A program made the position numbers and the translations under genes. Below the pieces are notes generated by a model, which was not told where the DNA came from, did not search any database, and worked only from the letters and a program-made list of their open reading frames with translations. A DNA stretch of 64,000 nucleotides from the sequence record PQ464595.1; one strand, given 5' to 3'. Of the stretch, positions 29,044 through 37,801 are shown in pieces; positions within the stretch are counted from its first letter, which is position 1; the number at the start of each line of letters is the position of its first letter.

Positions 29044-29380
29044 GCCGCATAGGGGATTCGAACCCCTTCAGATTATACGCGGAACCACCCCGCTCAGGTA
29101 TATCTACCCGTAATCCTATCACAATACCATTATTGATACTAGTACTTTCTTGTGCACCTTCCAGTACTTTCTCTCAGTGATTGATAAGGAGTCGAACCCT
29201 ACCACGGCATATTCTCAATTAATATATGGTTGGGGGTCGTGACCTTCTCAGAGTTACCTCTCCAGCCCCATCCCATTCTTGCCACGTCAAGATATGAGTA
29301 CTCTCATATTAGAGCTTATTTTACCACGATTAACTGGCTACATTCGAGGATAGCAATTCCCCTAGCTACTAATCAAGTAG
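29044..29380 (-). ncRNA. candidate large structured RNA(s) ending in tRNA T arms
   Basis: T arms TAGGG TTCGACT CCTTA and AGGGG TTCGAAT CCCCT; hairpins ATATGAG/CTCATAT, TCTTG/CAAGA, AGAG GTAA CTCT, GGTA/TACC, GCGG/CCGC; no ORF. Confidence 0.55.
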
Positions 29381-29731
29381 CGTGTATCTTAATTTACCAG
29401 CATTACGTAGTAGCCATCAACGTAATCAACATCATCATCCGATGGTGTATCTTCGTCGTCTTCGTCCATATGCTGATCGTATTCGTCTTCCTGGATAACG
29501 CGAATCCACGGAACCCCATCAACTTCAACGTCGATAGTATGATCCCAATTACCATTGAAGACATACTTTTCAATATCTTCAGCAATCGCATTTAAATGCG
29601 GAGAGAAGTCGAATTTATCTTTGAAGTGATCAACGAATGTTTGAGCCAGATCAATTGATTCTTCTGCGATAGTTTTGCCTTGATATGGCATCATGAAATT
29701 CTGATTCATGGTCAGTACTCCAGGTTTTAAA

Positions 29732-29821
29732 TGGTGATCCCGGCTGGATTCGAACCAGCGATGTGTCATTAACTGTATTCAATTATGAGTTGAGTGCCTT
29801 CGGCCTCTAGGCAACGGGACC
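29732..29821 (-). tRNA. tRNA with CAT anticodon (Met/Ile2) and a long variable arm
   Basis: Cloverleaf, loop CTCATAA, 18-nt variable region, A73, CCA. Confidence 0.85.
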
Positions 29822-30607
29822 AGTTTTAGGTTTCTCTTTACCGCAGTACTCACACTGTACTACTACGGTAGGTTCTCCACCTTCTTCACCAGTAATGAAC
29901 TCAGAAGGGATTGATTGTTTTTGGTAATTATGACCAGCACCGCTGGCTACGCATTCATCATACGGTTGAGACATTTTGTACCTCACTTATTACGACGCAA
30001 TAGCTTACGCAACATTAAAGTTGGCATAGCTGGTTTTTTCAATTCTTCTTGTACTTTGCTGAATGATTCTTCGGACAGTACTTTACGATTTCCAGTACTG
30101 TTACAAGGCATACATTCATATACCATACCGTCACCAGCATAGTGATAACCAGTACCTGAACAAGATTCACATTCTGACATAATGTAATCTCCCTTAAAAA
30201 TTTAAACCAATACTAAAGACATTACCCAATAGTATTTGTTGTTTTCATTAAGCACTGTGACGTTCGATAATACAGAGAACATCGGAGTTCCGTCCGTGTT
30301 ATGAACATTAACAGTACTTTGACCTTTAGTGAAAGGGCAAAACTTATCAATATGTTTAGGAAGAACACAACTGCGATCATATGTTCCAGCTTTTTTAACA
30401 TCAATGACATTATCATTGTCATCAAGTTCAGGAACATCATAAAGACTTGGACCGTGAACACGGTACATATCTTTATAGAAACCCTCAGTTACAAACTCAA
30501 ATACATCATAACCTTGAACTTCAACTTTCAGTGTTAAACGTTGAGTGTCAACTAACTCTTTCATTTCAACAGCATTCAGTACTATCATGATGTTCTCCAA
30601 TTAAAAA

Positions 30608-30718
30608 GGTGCTAAGAACAGGATTCGAACCTGTAAGGAAACCTCGCGGTACTTCCCACGTCCTATTGTCGCTTTCGCTATCGTCAGACGCTACGTTTAC
30701 CAATTCCGTCATCTCAGC
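30608..30718 (-). ncRNA. class-II tRNA scaffold with a 24-nt expanded anticodon loop
   Basis: GCTGAGA/TCTTAGC, Leu-like D arm, GCGTC/GACGT stem, loop contains GC-GAAA-GC, long variable hairpin, T arm. Confidence 0.7.
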
Positions 30719-30855
30719 GTGGCGGGGATATTCCGCACCCTACCATGCGTTGGAAGCCAAAGGGTGTTATCGGCTATATGCCCCATAATATGGTCGCCAA
30801 TATAAGGTAGTTTCATCTACGCACGACCCGACAGGTACTCGCCCTGTAACGCCGC
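30719..30855 (-). ncRNA. candidate pseudoknotted RNA between the suppressor tRNA and the tRNA scaffold
   Basis: CAGG/CCTG, GGTCG/CGACC, GTAG/CTAC, AGCC/GGCT with loop CACCCT pairing to downstream AGGGTG, GCGG/CCGC. Confidence 0.55.
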
Positions 30856-30881
30856 TTCGAATAAGCCTTTATACTAGCATT

Positions 30882-30956
30882 TGTGGCTCATACCAGATTC
30901 GAACTGGTGTGGACAGAGATTTAGAGTCTCCCGCTACGCCTCTCAGCTAATGAGCC
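30882..30956 (-). tRNA. amber suppressor tRNA (anticodon CTA)
   Basis: Cloverleaf GGCTCAT/ATGAGCC, arm GGAGA-CTCTAAA-TCTCT, A73. Confidence 0.9.
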
Positions 30957-30977
30957 ATTGATTCATTTGATACGTTT

Positions 30978-31006
30978 ATTATACCAGAGTTTTTTAAGTC
31001 GTTCCA
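30978..31006 (-). promoter_or_regulatory. TGAAACG-class promoter (TGGAACG variant) driving the suppressor tRNA
   Basis: TGGAACG-N16-TATAAT. Confidence 0.7.
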
Positions 31007-31461
31007 TCTTTTTCTCAAAAAATTTCACGACTTCAATCACTTAGGCGTCGCAATCGTCGTAAGTAAGAAAACGATTACGAAGTACGCAGAACAGATGTGT
31101 CCACACGTCACCGTCTTCGAGTTCAGCCGAACAGATGAATACACCTTCTTCTGTATCGCTTTTCCAAATACCTTCAGACATATAAGGTTTCTGAAACCAT
31201 GCCTGAACAGTACCATACATGTTTATGGATACTATTGGCATTCCAGAAGGAATATCCAATACACATCCGTTAACATTGACCTGTACTTTATTTGTGTTTC
31301 GACGAAGTTTCAAAATTACTTCCTCAAGAAGTTCACAAATACGACATTGCTATCTTTATTAATCATAGCCATAAGTCGTGCCTTTTGTTCATCACTCATT
31401 GGTGTGACATGACCACGTGTAGGTAAATCTTTCATTTCGTACCTCTCGTTGGTAGGAGTAC

Positions 31462-31490
31462 ATAATACGCTGTAACGCACTGGCTGTCAA
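31462..31490 (-). promoter_or_regulatory. sigma70-like promoter
   Basis: TTGACA-N17-TATTAT. Confidence 0.7.
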
Positions 31491-31667
31491 GGACTTTTTT
31501 TGTCTTTTTTCGCTGGTAACTCATGAACAGGCATGGTTGGCGTTTTAAGAACATCCTTCAAACGATCCAGGGGATTTTCTTTCTTAGGCTCTTTACTCAT
31601 AATGCCCTCCCTAATCAGTACAGCTATTATATCAAAGCCCCGCCCTAAACGCAAGGATTTCATGCAA

Positions 31668-31694
31668 TAAAAAACCCAGCGTTAAGCTGGGTTT
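31668..31694 (-). terminator. intrinsic terminator after tRNA-Arg
   Basis: AAACCCAGC/GCTGGGTTT hairpin plus U tract. Confidence 0.75.
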
Positions 31695-31700
31695 GTTGAG

Positions 31701-31772
31701 CCTCCAGTATAGGAATCGAACCTATATCAATAGCTTAGAAGGCTACTGCTCTATCCATTGAGCTAACCGGAG
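31701..31772 (-). tRNA. tRNA-Arg(TCT)
   Basis: Cloverleaf, loop CTTCTAA; no encoded CCA. Confidence 0.93.
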
Positions 31773-31795
31773 AAAAGTACTAATTACAGTACTAT

Positions 31796-32149
31796 TTATT
31801 CTTCGAGGGCAGATTCATCGAAAGGAGTATAAGTGATTTCAGCCTTTTGAGTCTTACCACCATAATAGTAATGGCAGGTTGAATCACCAGGTTCTTCACC
31901 ATGTACCTGTACTGTGAATAACACACCTTCGTACATAGCCGAAAGCTGTTTCATATGATCTGCGTAATCGTACCAGTATGTTTCATCAATACTGACAATT
32001 CCATCAGAGCCGCTTACAGAGAAAGATTCATTTGGTTCAAGTTTCTTCAGATCGTCGATGACAGATTTAATGTCAACACGACCACCAGTAATACCACGTG
32101 GAGCTTTGTGCAATTTAGCACGAATGTCAAAAGTCGATTGATAACCCAT
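31796..32149 (-). CDS. conserved phage hypothetical protein
   Basis: MGY...WY...M..LS..Y..VLF.V..HGEE pattern seen in phage proteins of unknown function. Confidence 0.7.
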   Translation of the reverse strand: MGYQSTFDIRAKLHKAPRGITGGRVDIKSVIDDLKKLEPNESFSVSGSDGIVSIDETYWYDYADHMKQLSAMYEGVLFTVQVHGEEPGDSTCHYYYGGKTQKAEITYTPFDESALEE

Positions 32150-32359
32150 GTTATGCCTCGGTAGTTTCTTCTTGTTCGTCGATAATATAATCTAAATCAG
32201 AATCTTCGCAATCCTGTACCCAGGAATCACGTTCTTCTTGTGTATCGAACACAAATACAAATCCACGATATGTGAATCCGAATTTCGATCCATAAGATGG
32301 ATTTAGATTATCGTTAATAGTAACTTTATTTGTAACCATGTTGCTTTCCTTAGCGTACA

Positions 32360-32767
32360 CTAATTAGTGTACTTAACTTTTACTTCGTGTTCGATACCAT
32401 TAGCATCGAAATAAGTTACTGTTACACCAGTTAATGATGACCAGCAACCTTCATTACAAGGCCAATTCAGACTGTCGAGTTCTTCGAAATCTTCAGGGGC
32501 TTCGTCATAATCATACATGTCGAAGAATATCCAGAAACCTTCAGCTTTATCGTAATTATCATAACCACCTTTACCGCGAGGATACAGGTTTTGACAATTT
32601 TTCAATACTTCAAGGAGCTTTTTAACGATTTCTGGATCTTCGTATACCGCTTCTTCAGTATCATAGAAATCAGCATCACCATGCATGAAATCCATTTTTA
32701 CCACATATTTGTTTTTATATGGTGCTGGAGGAACGATAGGGTTCAGTACTGTTAATTCAACATTCAT
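32360..32767 (-). CDS. hypothetical protein (FMHGDAD family)
   Basis: KMDFMHGDADFY motif. Confidence 0.75.
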   Translation of the reverse strand: MNVELTVLNPIVPPAPYKNKYVVKMDFMHGDADFYDTEEAVYEDPEIVKKLLEVLKNCQNLYPRGKGGYDNYDKAEGFWIFFDMYDYDEAPEDFEELDSLNWPCNEGCWSSLTGVTVTYFDANGIEHEVKVKYTN

Positions 32768-33260
32768 AATTTACTCACTCAGTGCATTAAACTTCTTCAT
32801 TAGTAATTCATAATCATCAATTACCGGATGAACTTTATTTTCTGGTGTAGCATAAGCCGAGAAGTCCAGAATAAAAGTACAACCAGTACAGTCACCGTAA
32901 CCACTAAAGGTAACTACCAAATGATCGTTTGGTCCATAATTCCCATTTTGGGCAATTGCTTTTGCCATAGAGAAAATATAACCCATATTACCCTTTTCAG
33001 TACTGAAAAGAACTTTATGAGCATCTTCACGGCAATTCTTTTCACCGATCTTACGATACAAATGTGCATCATAACGTTTAATGTACTCATGCTCAAACAA
33101 GTCATATGTTTGTTCAGGAGTGAAGTACTGTAACTGTAAAGTACAGAGATCGTGAAGACCGGAGTTTTCACCTTCATAGATAAACGTTTGGAATTTCAGA
33201 GTTGGTTCTTTCATAAGGATATTACCTTAAAAAAGCACTTCCGAAGAAGTGCTATTCTTT

Positions 33261-33827
33261 TTATTTAGGTAAAGAGTTTAAGTACCTCTTACCCGCCTGG
33301 ATAAGTTTCTTCTTCTTGATTTTAAAAGAAGTACTATCCTGTCCACCAAACATTGTACAGTTCGCAAGGATTTCAGCCCATGCAGTTATATACAGAGTAG
33401 GTGCTAAAGGATCAGTCCAGATGGTATCAAAGTCCTCGGACTTAGCCATGTGGAATGTCATATCTTTACGCATCAATTCTGAAATAACTGATTCTTCTGG
33501 AAATAGGTTCATCCATACATCAGCACTAACATTAGCGTGATCAGGGAAGTGAACTTTACCTTCATCATCAACAGTACGACACAATGGTTTACCACAATCA
33601 TGATATTCTTGATAACGCAGTACAATATCATCAGGCAGAATCTTATCTTTAATTTTGCCGTATACTTCAAGCAGTACAGGATCGCCCTATCCAGTGTCAA
33701 GTTCAGAGATCAGTACTTTATACTGTTCTTGAACCATCAGACCATGTGCGTGAACACTAAGCCCTTTCATCTGTTCAGTACTTTGCATTACATGAAGTAG
33801 TTCTTCGAAAGTGTTAGGATAAATCAT
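33261..33827 (-). CDS. HD-domain phosphohydrolase with an in-frame TAG at codon 47 (33687-33689)
   Basis: Manual translation from ATG 33827: ...SVHAHG...ELDTG*GDP...YHDCGKP...HFPDHA; the HD motifs lie on both sides of the stop in one frame. Confidence 0.8.
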
Positions 33828-34162
33828 TTAGCACCTCCGCGAAATAGTTGATATTTCTTAAAGATACTACGCTGTTCAGCAGTTACTGGAGCACTGGCAA
33901 AGGCAGTGAAGCCATAATCCCAATCAGGTTCATGGAACTGGACAAATCCAATACCAGAATCTTTGAGTTCATCAAATGCTTTTTGTAACTTATGTTTATT
34001 CTTACATGAAATAACGATAAGAGAACTAGTCTCAGTACTGTTATTTTCGAAGGCCAAGCCGCTTTCATAAGCTGCGTGGTTTGATTGTACCACAATCTGT
34101 TCTAACGGTAAGTCCGTGCGAACAAATACGTAGATCCAAGTTTTTTCATTCTAGTGAGCCAT
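33824..34162 (-). CDS. PTH2-like peptidyl-tRNA hydrolase with an in-frame TAG at codon 4 (34151-34153)
   Basis: GAGG SD, then ATG GCT CAC TAG AAT...WIYVFVRTDLPLEQIVVQSNHAA; the PTH2 N-terminal strand lies upstream of the GTG start used by the ORF track. Confidence 0.75.
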
Positions 34163-34401
34163 TTTTATTTCCTCTATTTTGGTTTACTTAATTAATTCCC
34201 AATGCCATAAATTCCCACGTATTGGCATGGTTTCACCAGCATCCAGATAGGTTTCCCCATCAAAAATTACTGGTTGTGAAAGTTCGAATCGTTCTTGGTT
34301 AGTTAACATATAACTACCCTCGATTTCTGTACCTAATGGGATTCGAGCACTATCAGAATATACGCATACAAATTTACCCATATATTTCTCCTTAATTAAA
34401 A

Positions 34402-34655
34402 GGCCGTTGATGGTGTGCTATTACGCCAAAGTCTCTAAGGGTCTATATTAGCATCTACTACAGAAGTCGCACCACACGCCCTTCTTATAATATCAGATAC
34501 ACGCCGCCCGTGTGTAACAAACTAATATAACTGTATCCGGTCTTTTCTTCCCCTGAGCTTATACGTTGGTACTAAGTGGTGTGTTTTCCCATACGGATCG
34601 CTCTCGACACTCATTATATGGTGGCTGCCTCTAAGCCAACATCCCAACAACGGTC
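34402..34655 (-). ncRNA. 23S rRNA GTPase-associated-centre (H42-H44) mimic with a 181-nt insert
   Basis: GGATGTTGGCTTAGAGGCAGCCACCATATAATGAGTG matches recalled E. coli 23S 1055-1091 at 31/37; GCGTAATAGCACAC matches 1091-1104 at 13/14; compensatory pair changes; self-closing stem CCGTT/AACGG. Confidence 0.85.
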
Positions 34656-35202
34656 AGTGTTTGTTACATATGAACCAGTTTGATTTCAACTAGTTCTACT
34701 TTGAAGTCAGGATTTTCATCTTCCCAATCTTCGCCGTATAGACGCACCATTTCATCACGTGCGTCACCTTTATATTTGAACATAGTAGTGAGGAACAGAT
34801 CCGTTGTACGTGAATCGTGTCCAGCCCAATACTTAGTACTGTATTCTTGATCTAATTTCATGCTTGTACCTTGTGCTTTTCATCCATCGCATCGAGGAAT
34901 TGAGCATGAGTATAATACTGCTTAAAATTGTTATACTCGTACTCAAAGTGTTCTTTGTAAATGGCCTTAACACGTTCATCAGTACTACTGATGTAGTTGT
35001 AAGCCGTTTGTATCAGGGCTTTGATCATGGAACTTTTGATATGGAAATAAATCAAATCCTGACCATGTTCACAAATGTACGTTTCAGTACGTTTCATTTC
35101 CTGAATTTTATTATCACGCAGGATGAACTGACGCCCATTCATTTCAAGAGCATTGCCAAGTTCAATCAATGTGTTTACACCGATTTCCATGATCTTCACC
35201 TT

Positions 35203-35904
35203 TTAGTAGCTATCGTAATTGTCAGGATGTAAGATTACAATCTCAATTACATCGTTAACATGATTTTCGTTCTCATAGAACACAATAACCTTACCATGAT
35301 TGACCGAATCAATCAAGTACCGCAAGATACCTTTTTTCGTATAAACCCGCTCAATCACACCAGTATCTTCAACTACGATACCGTCGATGGTAGTACTGAA
35401 TTGTACTTCATCAAGGTAATTGGGTTTATCTTTCAGGAAGTTTTTCAGTTCTTCCTGTTTACGCCAGGCAGATTCACGCTTTAAGCGTGAAGCATTACGT
35501 ACCATATATTCTACAGTACTGTAATCGAATTCTTCAACCGTAGTCAAAGTACCCTGACCGTATACATGAGTAATGCGAATGCCGAAGCGTGGCAACTCAA
35601 TGTGACTCGTCGGAAAGATAGCTGTTGGATCGTCATAATTAGAACGAGCCGTCTTGCGAGTGTAGTTCCAGAACAGATTAGACAATTCCGGCACTACTTC
35701 ACCTTCAAATGGTGGATGGAAGGTATAACTTCCATTCTCAAAAAATGTACGCAGATGTTCCAGTTCAACTAAGAACTGTTCTTCAGTGTATGCCTTTTCC
35801 TGTTCAGGAGTATAGCCATACAAAGAGGTAAAGAACTCTTCTGGAGACATTTTATCAATAGATTCCAAAGCGGCATCTAATGCTTTTTTCATTTTCTCGT
35901 TCAT
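35203..35904 (-). CDS. hypothetical protein
   Basis: 233-aa ORF; its C-terminal domain resembles that of 36221-36796. Confidence 0.7.
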   Translation of the reverse strand: MNEKMKKALDAALESIDKMSPEEFFTSLYGYTPEQEKAYTEEQFLVELEHLRTFFENGSYTFHPPFEGEVVPELSNLFWNYTRKTARSNYDDPTAIFPTSHIELPRFGIRITHVYGQGTLTTVEEFDYSTVEYMVRNASRLKRESAWRKQEELKNFLKDKPNYLDEVQFSTTIDGIVVEDTGVIERVYTKKGILRYLIDSVNHGKVIVFYENENHVNDVIEIVILHPDNYDSY

Positions 35905-36220
35905 TTGAATATCTCCATTAAGTCATTTACAATGGCTTCAATTTCTTCAGGAGTCTTGCGTTTAACATTAGGATCACGATATTTGAGCCTGAAGTTAGAA
36001 AACGCACGTTTACCTAAGTAACCAACACGCCACGTGAATACCACGTTCAGTACTAGATCTTTATGTTGCTGTACTGGAAAGTTAGTAATAGGGAATTCAA
36101 TTACATCAACGAATTCATGATGTTTAGCATCGTATAAACGAGCCTGGATTTCACCATCATCACGAATTTCATCAATCACCCCGTACCAGTCAGCATGAAT
36201 AGTTACTTTCTGTTTCATGG

Positions 36221-36796
36221 TTACATCCCGAATTCGTCTTCAGCACGTTCAACAACTTGAATAGAGTCATTGTGCCATGCTGGATTATTAATGAATACGT
36301 GGTATTCCCAATCCAGTGTGCCAGATTGTTTAATTCGGTACATAACAATACCTTCATCCATGTCTTTAATTTCGACACGATTGATTACACCATTCGCAGT
36401 GAATACAGTACCGTTATCATCAGTGGTAGTGAAAGATACAGTATCACCAAGACGTGGCTTATCTTCAAGGAAAGCCATTTCTTGCTGGAACTGAGTTAGT
36501 TCAGGGCGACATACTGATGTTTCACACGGCGTACCCAGGAAAGGTTTAAAGTTTTCCTCAACATGATTGATAGCATCAATCACGGATTCAACTACCACGT
36601 CTGGAGCATGACCGGACATTGCGAAACGAACATCACTAATCAGTGAGTTAATGAAACTGATCTTCGCGTTACACAGTACGAAACAGTACTGAGCACCTGA
36701 TTCCAACGATTCGTTAGAACGGTTACGAAGATTCATGACCTGCGTGAAAAGGTCATCTTCGGCTTTCTTTAAAAAGGCTAATTGTTCAGTATTCAT
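36221..36796 (-). CDS. hypothetical protein
   Basis: 191-aa ORF. Confidence 0.7.
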   Translation of the reverse strand: MNTEQLAFLKKAEDDLFTQVMNLRNRSNESLESGAQYCFVLCNAKISFINSLISDVRFAMSGHAPDVVVESVIDAINHVEENFKPFLGTPCETSVCRPELTQFQQEMAFLEDKPRLGDTVSFTTTDDNGTVFTANGVINRVEIKDMDEGIVMYRIKQSGTLDWEYHVFINNPAWHNDSIQVVERAEDEFGM

Positions 36797-36916
36797 TAAT
36801 AGTGCCTCACGGTTAGAACTTGATTTTGGTTTAGAGTTCCGATAACACCAGTACTTGAAATGTAATGGTATTGTACCATGTTATTCAGTACTTCTTTTCG
36901 CACAACATTCAGTACT

Positions 36917-37801
36917 TCACGAGTCTGACTGTTTAGATAGGTTAACATCGAATATCTCTCTTAATAGATGTTCAATTACTGGTACTGTCCAACCATTACC
37001 AAGCATTTTGTATGCTTGTGTGTTAGAGGACACTTTAAAGAAGTCATCAGGAACTCCCTGAAGACGACAACATTCTACCACGCTGAGCTTCCTGTAGTCA
37101 ACCCCATTTTTGCCATTTTCAATCAAAAATGCCTTTGAGATATTTGGATTAGAAAACACAAGCTGTCTACGGGATTTGTTAAAGTACTGATTACAATCAC
37201 CACCTTTGAAATAGTTCGCATCTATACAATAAGATTTCGATCTATCTGTATGTCCTGATTCTAAGATAGTACTTAAATCTGGAGATAACATTAATGCTGG
37301 TGGTACAATGTAGTTGTCAGTACTAACCCAATAGTAACGTTGTCTAAAATGGGCAGTATAATGTTGAGAGTTAATTAGATGTGGTGTTCTTCCAATAATA
37401 CCAGAACAGTATTCTTCGAAGTCCTTCTTCATCTTAACATTCTCGAACAAGTACTTCACATCTGGATTAACACTCTTGATGTGATTAAAAATATCAACCA
37501 TCGTATGGAATAGCATTCCACGAGGATCAGTTGTTCCACCTTGCTTACCAGCTACAGACCAAGCCTGGCAGGGGAATCCACCCATCAGTAAGTCTATTGA
37601 ACTCCAGTCAATATCCCATTCTTCCCATTTCGTAACATCGCCCAATTGAACAATGTCGGGGAAGTTCTCTTGACTTTCCGCAATTGCGTACTTATCAATC
37701 TCTGACGAGTAATATGTTTGTACTGGTACACCAGCATTCTGTAATGCCATGTACCCACAAGACATGCCGTTGAATAACGACAGTACTGTAATTGGTTCCA
37801 T
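36917..37801 (-). CDS. DNA (cytosine-5)-methyltransferase
   Basis: Motif I LSLFNG, motif IV GGFPCQ, motif VI ENV, motif X GNGW. Confidence 0.93.
   Translation of the reverse strand: MEPITVLSLFNGMSCGYMALQNAGVPVQTYYSSEIDKYAIAESQENFPDIVQLGDVTKWEEWDIDWSSIDLLMGGFPCQAWSVAGKQGGTTDPRGMLFHTMVDIFNHIKSVNPDVKYLFENVKMKKDFEEYCSGIIGRTPHLINSQHYTAHFRQRYYWVSTDNYIVPPALMLSPDLSTILESGHTDRSKSYCIDANYFKGGDCNQYFNKSRRQLVFSNPNISKAFLIENGKNGVDYRKLSVVECCRLQGVPDDFFKVSSNTQAYKMLGNGWTVPVIEHLLREIFDVNLSKQSDS

Noticed and set aside
30608-30718. Selenocysteine tRNA, or a hammerhead ribozyme in the loop (CUGACGA...GAAA)
   Set aside because: No UCA anticodon or 8-bp acceptor; hammerhead stem III and the NUH site cannot be paired
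34402-34655. Host rRNA operon fragment or assembly contamination
   Set aside because: Only ~55 nt match 23S, in two separated pieces with compensatory changes and a non-rRNA closing stem, and the flanks are seamless phage genes
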